Source of the DNA: Octopus vulgaris
Lineage: Eukaryota
Reading direction: 5' to 3'
Assembly (NCBI GenBank): GCA_951406725.2
Contig: OX597829.1
Location: forward strand, 25,234,001-25,298,000
Length of the DNA stretch: 64,000 nt
Part shown: positions 53,235 to 64,000 of the stretch, piece after piece
How positions within the stretch are numbered: position 1 is the stretch's first letter
Layout: every line of letters begins with the position of its first letter
The notes under the pieces: generated by a model
Told to the model about the DNA's origin: nothing
Seen by the model: the letters and a program-made list of their open reading frames with translations, nothing else
Database searches by the model: none
Made by a program: the position numbers and the translations under genes

Positions 53235-53651
53235 GGCGATCTTTCGTCTCTAGTAGACCTTTCCGTCGATTTCCGTAAATTTTTTTTTTTTTTTACATAT
53301 GGGCTTGCGGGAACTTTTGAAGTAATATACATACATATACACATACACCGAGTAAAAAATTTCAGTTATCCCTTTCTTTCACACATTACTCTGTCTCTTC
53401 ACACACACTAACAGAAGCACTTCACTTACACAACATACTGTCTGTCTCCCACACCCCATCAAACACACACACACATGTCCATCAATGCTCCCATGCACGG
53501 TAACTTGAAAAGAACTTCCCTCGTCATACAATCGCTTTCTCTTAGTCTCTTTCGCTCTCATTACTTCAAAAGTTCCCGCAAGCCCATATGTAAAAAAAAG
53601 AAGTTTTTTACGGAAATCGACGGAAAGGTCTACTAGAGACGAAAGATTGCC
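53235..53651. repeat. About 92-bp inverted repeat (53235-53326 / 53560-53651) with about 233-bp spacer
   Basis: Arms are reverse complements except in the T/A run and one substitution. Confidence 0.93.
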
Positions 53652-53702
53652 ATATATATATATGGCAATCTTTACATTGAGAAATATATATATATATATA
53701 CA

Positions 53703-53770
53703 CTTTATTTAAAGCAGCAGAAAATTCAACAAAACCTGTTTTGTTGAATTTTCTGCTGCTTTAAATAAAG
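53703..53770. repeat. Perfect 32-bp hairpin palindrome
   Basis: CTTTATTTAAAGCAGCAGAAAATTCAACAAAA cctg TTTTGTTGAATTTTCTGCTGCTTTAAATAAAG. Confidence 0.95.
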
Positions 53771-53829
53771 CATATTACTCTACAACTGGTATTTGAGTAC
53801 TCTTTTTTCCACCTCTTTTCACATTTATG

Positions 53830-54220
53830 TGTTTACGGCTTAACAGCCCTTCTTGTCTTGTTATTTTCCTTGTTCTGTCGTTACTGTCCTGTTTTTGTTA
53901 CCATTTTTACCCCTCTGCAAAAAGATCTCAAATTTTATTTGATTTGCTTTTCGCAGGAAGGAAAGTTTCTATCGAAGATACGTCTCGCCTTCACCCTCGA
54001 AACGTAGAGTAGATGAAACCATGGCGACTGAAGAAGGGGTTTTTTTCCTTGTGTTATTTGTCCTGTACTCTATTTTTTTGTTGTTTAAGAAAAATGTCCA
54101 GTTCCTTGGTTTTGTGTCTATGTTTTCGTTTCTCATTGTGTTCGACGTTTTTTTGGTGCCCTGTACTCATATATGCGTGTATATATACATGTAGAGGTAG
54201 GTACGTACATATATGTATAT
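53830..54220. repeat. Interspersed repeat, inverted copy of 1-350
   Basis: See 1-350. Confidence 0.8.
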
Positions 54221-54253
54221 ATATATATGCATATGTTTTATTTATTAATATAT

Positions 54254-54284
<31 letters not shown>

Positions 54285-54304
54285 GTATATATATGTATGT
54301 ATGT

Positions 54305-55050
54305 ATCATTGTTTAACGTCCACTTTCCATGCTGGCATGGGTTGGACGGTTTGAGGACTGGTGAGCCAGAAGGCTGCACCAGGCTCCAATCTGATCTGGC
54401 AAAGTTTCTACAGCCGGATGCCCTTCCTAACGCCAACCACTCCGAGAGTGTAGTGGGTGCTTTTTACGTGCCACTGGCATGAGGGCCAGTCAGGCGGTTC
54501 TGGCAACAACCACGCTCAAAAGGTGTTTTTACTTGTTACCTGCACGAAGCCAGTCCGGTGGCACTGACAACAACCATGCTCGAATGCTGTTTTTCACGTG
54601 CCACTGGCACATGTGCTGATAAGGCAACGCTGGCAACAATCACGCTCGAATGGTGCTTTTCATGTGTCACCAGCACGGCAGCCAATCCGTGACCCTGGCA
54701 ACAATCATGTTTGGATATACTTCTTTTAATGTTCCACTGGCATGAGTGCCAATCAGACAGTACTGTCATTGGCTACATCAGTGATTTTGATTTGTTTTCA
54801 CTTGCCTCAATAGGTCTTTGCAAGCAAAATTCATTGTCCAATGAATGAAGGGTACTCATAAGTGGGCCGGTTACACCCCACGTTCAGATGTGCTTTTAAC
54901 CTTCCACTGGCACGAGTGCCAATCAGGCAGTACTGTCGTCAGCCATGTCAGCAATTTTGATTTTGATTTCATTTGCCTCAGTAGGTTTTCACAAGCAAGG
55001 TTTATTGTCCAACGAATGAGGGCTATTCATAAATGGGCTGATTACACTCA
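54305..55050 (-). mobile_element. RTE-associated 3' UTR/SINE with internal tandem units (TTTTACGTGCCACTGGCA)
   Basis: Tail TTTAACGTCCACTTTCCATGCTGGCATGGGTTGGACGG; units of about 60-130 bp; similar units at 59480-59650. Confidence 0.7.
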
Positions 55051-55941
55051 CTGTATATATATTTCCCACTGGACAGGACACTTGTCCTTCACAGGAACAA
55101 TGATTTTTGCCAGCTGAGTGAAGTTGAGCAATGTGACATGAACTGTGTTGCTGAAGAACATAATGTATCACCCAGTCCAAGAAACAAAACCACAATCTTA
55201 CGATTACCTTAACCACTAAGCTTACTCCACTATATATAATGTATTCTCCAAGTGACTTTGGTGCACGAGTGCCCAGTCTCTTGACCAAAGAGATTTATTA
55301 AGCACTCTGAGTATTCTACAGACATGTGTATCCTTAATGTAATTCTCAAGGATCAGCATGATGCAATTGTAATAAGGGTGGACCTTTTAATTATGGTAGT
55401 CTATATGACAGGGTTCTAAACAGTCTGTGGCTAAATCCACTCACAATTCTTGGATGGATATATGGCAATGAAACTTGCTGAAGAAACTATGAAGTGGAAC
55501 TGAGCATGGGATCTCATGACTGTCCAGTGAACTTTCTAACCATATATATATATATATATATATATGGAAAAAAAAGTCAAGATAGGAAATGTTAAAATAA
55601 TTATATAAAAAACATTTCAGTACCAGTTTCAGTCATTGAGACTTTTTCAACTGTAAGTATGAAAAACAATTAAATTTGGAAAAATTAAAAGAATATTTGT
55701 ATAGTGTTCAAATACAAGTGGCATTTTCCTTGTTTCTGCCTGTCTCTGTCTCTCTTGTTATATATATATATAATAGATTCAATAGACATGGCTATATGGT
55801 TAAGAAATTTGCTTCCCAACCACATGGTTTTAGATCAGTCCCCCTGCATGATACCTTGGGTAAGGTGTCTTCTTACTGCAGACAACTAGAGACCTTTGGA
55901 TTTGGTAGATGGAAACTGAAACAAGCCTGATGCATGTTTGA

Positions 55942-55981
<40 letters not shown>

Positions 55982-55984
55982 ACA

Positions 55985-56635
55985 TCATTTAATGTCTGTT
56001 TTCCAAGCTGGTATGGGTTGGATGGTTCAACAGGAGCTGGTGAGGCCAAGGCCCGCACTAGGCTCCACTGTTCTGGCAAGGTTTATGTCTGGACGCTCTT
56101 CCTAATGCCAACTGATTTACATAGTGTTCTAAGTGGTTTTATACAACACTGGCTCAGGTGCTTTCATATGGCACCAATATGGATACTTTTTACAGTCCAC
56201 AAGCACAAGCCTGTAAGATTAGAAATGCTCAGCTAAAGAATGATGCAAGGGACATGCCTATATTCAAGGATAACCACAATTTTACTTAGCTTGACTGTCT
56301 TCTGAAGCACAGCAAACTGCCAGGTGTCTTGATCCCCTGTCATCCCCTTTATGACGCCCACTGTCTAAAGATCCTTTCTAACAACTTCATCTCACGTCTT
56401 TTTGGGGCTACCCTTTCCACATGTTCCCTCCACAATTAGAGATCAGCATGTCTTCATTCATATGAATTACAAGACCATACCACCACAATCTTCTCTGTTG
56501 CACACTGCATTTGATGCCCTGTATACCCAGTTTTTCTCTCAAATCACTTGCACTCTGTCATACATGCACAGTGAAATTACCCATCCAGTGGAACATACTA
56601 CCTTCATTTCTTTCAAGCCTTAGCATATCCTCAGT
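55985..56635 (-). mobile_element. 3' part of an RTE LINE
   Basis: Minus-strand VQQRRLWWYGL...VEGTCGKGSPKKT*DEVVRKDL plus the family tail. Confidence 0.72.
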
Positions 56636-56673
56636 AGTCACAGCTATGTAGCATATCTGTTCATACACAGGTA

Positions 56674-59450
56674 TTAGGGTGCGTCAATTTGGGGGAGTAA
56701 ATAGGAAAATTCATAATCTTTAATTTTGGTAGTAATTTATTGTTGCTTTTTAGCATAAAACAAAATTCTGGAAAGAAAATCAATTTTAAATAACTCGTAA
56801 CAACGTCAATATGAGTTTGAAATTTATGTTTTGAGAATTTTGAACGTAATTAGTTTTCACCAGCTTCTTTCAGTTTCAAGTTTCATGTATACTATAATGC
56901 ATTCCAATATACTATTAGAAAGTAGTCAAAGCTTTCTTGCTGTTGTTTCTTTTCATCAGTTGCTGACTGCTTGTGCTTTGATGTAACCCTCTTACTTCTC
57001 GTGTCTGTAAACATGAATCGCAGCTTCAGTGACCATTTTAACGCTCTTCTTAATGCTTTGAGTGTGCGATGGCCATTTTGGTACTATCATAGGTGTGTCT
57101 TTAAAGCTTTTGAGATTCTTACTTTTTAAAGATGTTGTCAATGGTTTTTTGCAAGGCTTCAGAACTCAAATCAGCCAACTCAGACAGCTTGGTGGCATTG
57201 ACATTTAACTGGGCAACTTTTCTTTGACTAAATGAACAGTCTCCCAAGTGGTCATCTTCAAGTGGGGTCCCTCTAATTCTTAGAATAGTTTCTATAGCCT
57301 CAGTACAAAGATTTGAACATCGGCTGAAAAGCATTGCTTGCAACACTGCTTCTGATCAAGCATACCATGCGGACCTCCTCACCACAGGTAACACAATATC
57401 CTTCACCAACTTATTTTGTGTTCTTACAAGCTGCAATTGAAACAATAGATGATTGGCACCATCGACCCATTTCGGATTGAGTTTAATATTAAACCAGTTG
57501 AGAAGATCGGCACCAACTATAAATTCAACAATTAATCTCAAATTCTTCAGAGCCCTTCCTTTCCATTGGTGTCTGGAAATTCAAATCCTGCAGAAGCACA
57601 GAACTGTAGTTAACAAATGGCTGTGACTAACAGGTCTAATCTCCAATAGAGGCAATAACTGAGGTACTTCATCTGATCTTATTGCTTGAGCAATATGATA
57701 AGCATAGGACTAATCTGCACTAAGGTCTTTGACAATTTCTTCTGGCAACACTGGAATGGGAGGGCCTACTTCAGTCTTTGGAAAGTTTGCATTTATTTCT
57801 AGTTGTGTTGCTTCATCCAACATGTTGCCAAGAGGACCTGACCACTTATTATTGCTTTTTGTAGGATCATCCCTTACCTGGATGAGGTGAGGAAGAGGTA
57901 ACTCACCTGTATGCAAATTGCATACAATCCAAATAAGTCTTGTTTCAAGTTTTTTCTCGAAGTAACTCATTACATCTCCCTTCCAGCCAGTATTCACTGC
58001 TGTTGAATTCCCACCAATAGCCTGCACTGAAATTCCAAGCCCTCTCTCTTGAAGCCAGCATAAAATATTATCAGCAATTACCTACATCTGCATGTTTTTC
58101 TCTTTCCACTTCAACTTCAGCTGTGAAATGAAACAAAAACTGACCACCAGGTTCAGAGCAAACAGTGTAGTGCTCTTCTTTGATTGGACCTGGAAATTTT
58201 CTGGAAATTCTGTCTACTTCAACCATAACTTTGGTTTCATCTATTCTTCTATCAAACAAAAGACAAGAGAGCCCTCCTTTTAATTCTTTTTCTTCTTGAT
58301 CAGATATCTTACTCATTACTTGCGCTCTTCTAAGTTTATCGTGATCTATAACCAAGGATGAATCCTCTTGACTGATATGGCCTGCATCTATCCAAGCCGC
58401 AGTTGCAATTTCAGCAGCCTCACAGAGTCCAATATATTCATGAATATTAGCTAATGCAATGTTTGAAATGTCTCCTGTATTTTCCTTTCTTCAGAATATT
58501 CTTTAGAATTTTCATCTGACATTACTTCATTTTCTTCAGAAGAACTATCAAATAACTGATAAACATCATTGCAGTGCTCTTCTTTTTGTATGACTTCACT
58601 CTCCATTCTCTTCTTTTCTTCCTTCTCTCTCTGACAGGGCCTTTCCTTTTTTTCCAGTAGAAATCTGTCTCTTACTCTCCAATTGAGCCCATTTGCATAC
58701 TGCTTTGGTCTCCGGCCTTTGTCCTCTGTGAGCTTATAAAATCTAGCTCTAGAAAAGGTATCTTCTTTTCACGAGGGCAACAACAGCCAATGTGGGAATG
58801 ATTTCCTCTCTTACTAGTGGAGAATAATCCTCTTTTAAACATGAAACTATGGAACACTTGCAATTCAAAATATTGAACAGTGTATCAAGTGAGTGTAGAA
58901 AAACATTTCTCATTGCCAAGTGATGTGTGTACTGCTTTCCACCACAATCCCAGTAGTTTTAGTTCAATTGTTTGACACTGTATGATCACTGGTGGTTTGA
59001 ATTGTGCATTAGCTTTTACCCTCTGGTCTTTAACTCAAGTCTTAAAATGTCTCACAGTTGGAAGCTCTGATACAGAAAGCGCTTACTCTGTACCAATTAA
59101 AAGGTTCAAGTGGGATGACATCTGGCCTCTAGTCTTCAGTGTTGACCTTGTGAATATCTGAAACAGTAAAAATTCATTTAATCAATTAAAAGATAATATA
59201 AGAGTGATATTTTGAGTCTAATCAGTTTTTCATATAAATTTTCAGTTATTGTTTCAAAACAACACCATATTGAAAATTTAGGATAAACTTGATGTAGGTT
59301 AGAGTTATTTTTTAACCCATTTTGGTATATATATCTCAAGTCTGAGAGTAAACAGGCACAATAATTTCACTGCCAAATAGGATTTTTAGTAAGTTATTAA
59401 AATTCATCATACAGTCTGCATTTTACTCTCTGAACTTTTCCCAGTCTATT
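56674..59450 (-). mobile_element. hAT (hATm-like) DNA transposon with a broken transposase
   Basis: Terminus TTAGGGTG at 56674; peptides LLFDRRIDET, KEEHYTVCSEPGG, NSTAVNTGWKG, WIVCNLHTGELPL, WPSHTQSIKKSVKMVTEAA across several frames; the other TIR was not found. Confidence 0.82.
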
Positions 59451-60009
59451 CTTATTCTAGCAGCTATGTTTTCAGAACAACCACGGGAGCCAGTCTGGGG
59501 GTACTGGCATTGGCTATGTTCGGTTGGTGCTTTTTACATGCCACTGGCATGGGAACCAGTCAGGTGGACCTGGCATCAACCACATTTGGATGGTGCTTTT
59601 TACGTGCCAGTCAGAGGGCACTGGCCACAGCTACGATATTGGTTTTACTTGACTCAACAAATCTTCTGAAGCATATCATAATGCCTGATGCATCAGGGGT
59701 ATTATTAACAGGGCCAGACATGCATGACTGCGATCTCACTTTAGTTGCCAGGTCTTCTCAATCACAGCATATCTCCAAAGGTCCCAGTCTCCTGTCATTG
59801 CCTCTGTCAACATACAGTTCAGGTACTGTATCAACATAGTGCTCTATTGAACTGATGGATGCTCTTCAAATTAGTTTGTTCTATTTAGCACCAGGTACCA
59901 AGTGAGGCAGCATATATCTTTTTATATATATGTGTGTTTCTATCCTTGTCTTTACATCATATAATGGTTGTAAAAAAAATTACCATTATACAAGTGGTGG
60001 TATTCACAC

Positions 60010-60021
60010 ACATATATATAC

Positions 60022-60072
<51 letters not shown>
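60010..60072. repeat. (TA)n microsatellite
   Basis: Direct inspection. Confidence 0.95.
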
Positions 60073-60074
<2 letters not shown>

Positions 60075-60261
60075 AGAATTCACAATAAAACAAAAGACAG
60101 GTGGTGTAGATAACAAACAGATGTATTAGTATAACACTTGGGAAGTGAAAAAGTCTTTAACGTTTCGAGCCTACGCTCTTTCACAGAAAGGAACACAGAA
60201 AGAAGCAGGGAGAGAAAATAAAGAATGTGTAGTGGCTAGCGATCTATCATGACGAAAATAT

Positions 60262-60737
60262 ATATGTGTGTGTGTCTATTTAGGTGTGTGGCTGTGTTTG
60301 TCCCTCTGCCATCGCTTGGCAACTGATGCTGGTGTGTTTATGTCCCCATAACTTAGCAGTTCAGCAAATGTGACTGATTGAATAAGTACTAGGCTTACAA
60401 GGAATAAGTCCTGGAATCGATTTCTTTGACTAAAACCCTTTATAATGGTGCTCCAGCATGGCTGCAACCAAATGACTTAAACAAGTAAAAGAATAAAAGA
60501 ATATACACATATATCTTTTATATTTTATGTTTTACTTGTTTCAGTCATTAGACTGTGCCATGCTGGGGCACCGCCTTGAAGAATTTTTAGTCAAATGAAT
60601 CCACACCCCCAGTACTTATTTTTTAAAGCTAGGTACTTATTGTATCGGTGCCTTTTGTAGAACCACTAAGTTACAGGGACATAAACACACCAACACTGGT
60701 TGTCATGTGGTGGTGGGGAACAAACACAGACTCAGAG

Positions 60738-60776
<39 letters not shown>

Positions 60777-60960
60777 GCCCATCATATATATATATATATG
60801 ATGGGCTTCTTTCAGTTTTCACCTAACAAATCCACTCACAAGGGTTTGGTCAGCCCAAAGCTATAGTAGAAGACACTGGCCCAAGGTGCCACACAGTTGC
60901 ACTAAACCCAGAACCATATGACTGGGAAACAAGCTTTTTGCCACATAGCCACACCCTGGG
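60262..60960. mobile_element. Tail-to-tail pair of SINEs (plus 60262-60500; minus 60520-60960)
   Basis: Both match the 16299/25525 family in opposite orientations. Confidence 0.8.
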
Positions 60961-62820
60961 CCTATAAATAATTTATGTATACACACACATGCACACAATG
61001 GGTTTCCCTTTGCAAAATTCAGCTCAAAGGCATTGATTAACTAGGTTACAGTGGAAGACACCTGTCCATGGTGCTACACAGTAAGTTTGAGCCGTTTGTA
61101 GACAAGGGGGATAATTGTGGACATCTTTTATTTAAACTTCATCAACACAGTATACTCGAGCCTTCATATGTCAACATTTTTTTCCAAATAGAAAAAGTTA
61201 TGAATAATTTTATTGGCCAAAAAGTTATTTGTAACTCTGTTTCTCAAAGTAAAAACATTTTTGCTTACTGGTCAAAGAATCTTTGTTACACTGCAGTATG
61301 TTACACTAAATAGACTGAAATGTGTCCGTAGTTGTCCTTATCAACAGACAAATCAAACTTACATATCACTAACTATATGAATTTTTTCTGCTAAGACACA
61401 AGGCCTGAAATTTTGTTGGGGAGAAGACAGGTCAATTACATTGACCCAAGTACTCAACTAGGATTTATTTATTTGCCCCAAAATAACGAAAGGCAAAATT
61501 GATCTTGATGACATTTGAACAGACAGAATGTCATTAAGCACTTTGTGTAGCATATTAACAATTTTGCAAGTTTGCTGCCCTTACTAATGATATAAATTAG
61601 AGATTAATTCTTAATTTATTACAGTTATCTCCCCCTTTTCTGATAGTTACCAACAACCGCCACTAGTTGCTTTTTTTTTCCCCCAACGTAAAGAGAAATT
61701 TCCTTTTATCTAGAAGTTTTAGCATTTAGTGTATCACCTCTTTAACATCTATATTCAGATTCCTGCCATGAGTCCATTTGAGCTATTTCCCTTAACTCTT
61801 TTTCTTTTTTTTTATTATAAATATTTTCAAACATTGGTTCTCATCAGATTTCATGCAACCAATCTCATACGGAGTTTGCTGAGACAGCATAGAACAACTA
61901 ATAAACTATAAAATACAGCTGTTTGTGTGAATGTGACAGTCAGTGGTTATAATTATGTAAGCTACAGTATGTACAGATGGAGAACTAATTAGTTGAGTAA
62001 GCAGCGCTTGTATTTATTTATAACGAGACATGCTGGTGTCAATGTTTGCTTTCTTGCTTTTTTTTTTTAACTCTGAAAAGTCATCAAATAAAGGTTTGTG
62101 TTTGTTATGTTTGTTAAACGCATAATTAAAAATACATTAAATTATTCTTCATGTTATAGGTGTTGAGGTGGTGTTAGTTACACTCACTATATACATTGTG
62201 ATGCTTAATTTCTGGTTATAAATTCATGGTATTTCTTTGATTCAGTTATGGCATCGATTTTAAAGCTAGCTGCCATAGAGTAACTTTACACTCTGTTTTT
62301 GAATGTCAGTACATTTAGTGATATAGCTTAGACTCTGGCACTCCCAAATCAAAATACCTTAATCTTCATCATCTCATTCTCTGTTTGTTGTCTTTGAAAA
62401 ATCATGTTATTTAATTTAGCCACAAATTCCTCTTTTCTTCTCTTGTTTCCTTGTGAAAATATTATAAAGTTCCTGTTTTGTAGTGAAGATATGAAATTTC
62501 TATTACGTAGAATAAAGAATATTCAGGTCTAACAACTGAAGGATTATAACATTGGCTCACTTTAATAATATTCAGATTTTGAACAACTAGAAAACACACA
62601 CATACATCACATACATGGATGCACAAATAATTATATGTGCACACACGCACACATACACACATATGTGCACACACACACTCTCTCTCTATCTCTCTATCTA
62701 TTTCTCTCTCTCTCTCTTTCCCTCTCTCTCTCTCTCATATTATTTACATATAAGACTACTTGGAATTAACTAATTAACTTTCAGTAATATAAATTTTACA
62801 ATAAGTATAACCAGATTTGT

Positions 62821-63060
62821 GGAGGCGCATGGCTTAGTGGTTAGGGTGTCAGCATCATGATTGTAAGATTGTGGTTTCAATTCCTGGACCGGGCAACGTG
62901 TTGTGTTCTTGAGAAAAACACTTCATTTCACGTTGCTCCAGTCCACTCAGCTGGCAAAAATGAGTAACGCTGTGATGGACTGGTGTCCCGTCCAGCTGGG
63001 GAACACATACACCATAGAAACCGGGCCCATGAGCCTGGCTAGGCTTTAAAAAGGGCGCAT
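62821..63060 (+). mobile_element. tRNA-derived SINE of a second family
   Basis: A-box TGGCTTAGTGG and B-box-like GGTTTCAATTCC, followed by a non-tRNA body (TTGAGAAAAACACTTCATTTCACGTTGCTCCAGTCCACTCAGCTG). Confidence 0.78.
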
Positions 63061-64000
63061 TTATTTTTTATAATCATATTTACATAATACACTGTATAGT
63101 ATAATATATGAATTTTATACCAAAATATTTATTTAATCCTGATATGACTATTTAGGGGTAAATCAGAATGTCACAATCGAAGGACCTTGGATGATCTTAT
63201 CAATTTATCAAAGCTCTATGATTCTTTGCTGTCATTTTTAGCATTGATTATGCAGTTCTGAATTCCTGCATGCTGCCTAAGAAGACATCCTTATTGTTGT
63301 GATTTTTTTATTGTTTTTATGAATTTTTTGTATTTTTAATGTCTCTAAGCTTGCATGTCCATATCCAAGTCCTTACTCAAGAACATTGCACCAATTTAGG
63401 AACAACTACCTTGTACAAAATTGTACAACAAAACCATAATTCTGTAAGCTACATCTAACCATATTTATACACGGAAGGGGCCAATACCTACAGGGGCTGC
63501 TTCATTACCTGATGAGAATGAACTGCTGCATTTGGAGACAGAATACAGCAGCACCATCAAGTCACAACTACTTGCCTAAAAAATAAAAGAGCATTTTTCT
63601 TCAAAAACCTAAATACAAATGGAGCACATTATTCATGAAATCAAATGTTACCATTTTCCTGTTCAGAGCATTACCATGTTCAAGATAGCATGAATAGAAA
63701 AGTTAATTAGTTACATTCATTATTAATTATTATAATATTTGATAATTATTAAATATTTGGTATACATGGTACATACTTTCTGTAGAATTAGGGTTACTCA
63801 CCTTCAATATGAAAGGCCAGAATAAAACAGGTGTCAATATTGAAAGTTAAACTTTAATTACTCCATATGATAATTAAAGTAATAAATAATCAATAAAGGT
63901 AATATATTGACATTATCATTTTCAGAATGGACATATAGCAAAAATAAATAGTTTTATTCCTGAAATTATTCTTATAGCATACTGTCATTACATATGTTTT

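Larger units (their letters stand above)
46100..53600. promoter_or_regulatory. CpG-retaining promoter zone of eIF4G with DRE, ETS, YY1, CRE and E2F-like motifs
   Basis: CpG is visibly more frequent than in the CpG-poor introns (judged by eye); TGACGTAA 48706-48713, ACTTCCGG 48955-48962, TATCGATA 49388-49395, TTTTCGGCGCCAA 51130-51142. Confidence 0.55.

Noticed and set aside
53990-54052. Hammerhead core in the 1-350 / 53830-54220 repeat (CTGAAGA plus hairpin)
   Set aside because: In both copies the hairpin is followed by GTGTT instead of GAAA, and the permuted reading has no convincing stem I.
56641-59469. CAGCTATGT at 56641 and 59461 as the TSD of the hATm element
   Set aside because: The left copy is not adjacent to the TTAGGGTG terminus and no matching TIR precedes the right copy.
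62821-62895. tRNA gene
   Set aside because: It has A and B boxes but no clean cloverleaf and continues into a SINE body.

Overview
AT-rich, repeat-dense eukaryotic DNA; the SINE families, (TA)n microsatellites and RTE LINE fragments point to a cephalopod, probably Octopus (inference). The main feature is the 5' part of an eIF4G (eIF4G1/3-type) gene on the minus strand. I reconstructed 17 GT-AG coding exons by hand (49997 down to 1379; 3502 nt, about 1167 codons, all junctions phase-consistent). They encode an N-terminal Q/P-rich region, the PABP-binding motif, the eIF4E-binding motif YDRDFLL and the full MIF4G/HEAT-1 domain; the gene continues beyond position 1. A CpG-retaining zone (about 46-53.6 kb) holds two candidate first exons. 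Introns and upstream DNA carry many transposons: a near-full-length piggyBac nested in older relatives, non-autonomous piggyBacs and MITEs, hAT and hATm relics, Helitrons, a Tc1-like MITE, RTE LINEs (one 5'-inverted), tRNA-derived SINEs and a perfect 30-bp minisatellite. Most worth follow-up: hammerhead-ribozyme-like cores in short (TA)n-embedded elements, three adjacent inverted repeats at 53.2-53.8 kb, two unexplained intronic hairpins, the alternative first exons and a candidate microexon. I found no clearly new protein-coding system; most short ORFs in the track are spurious.
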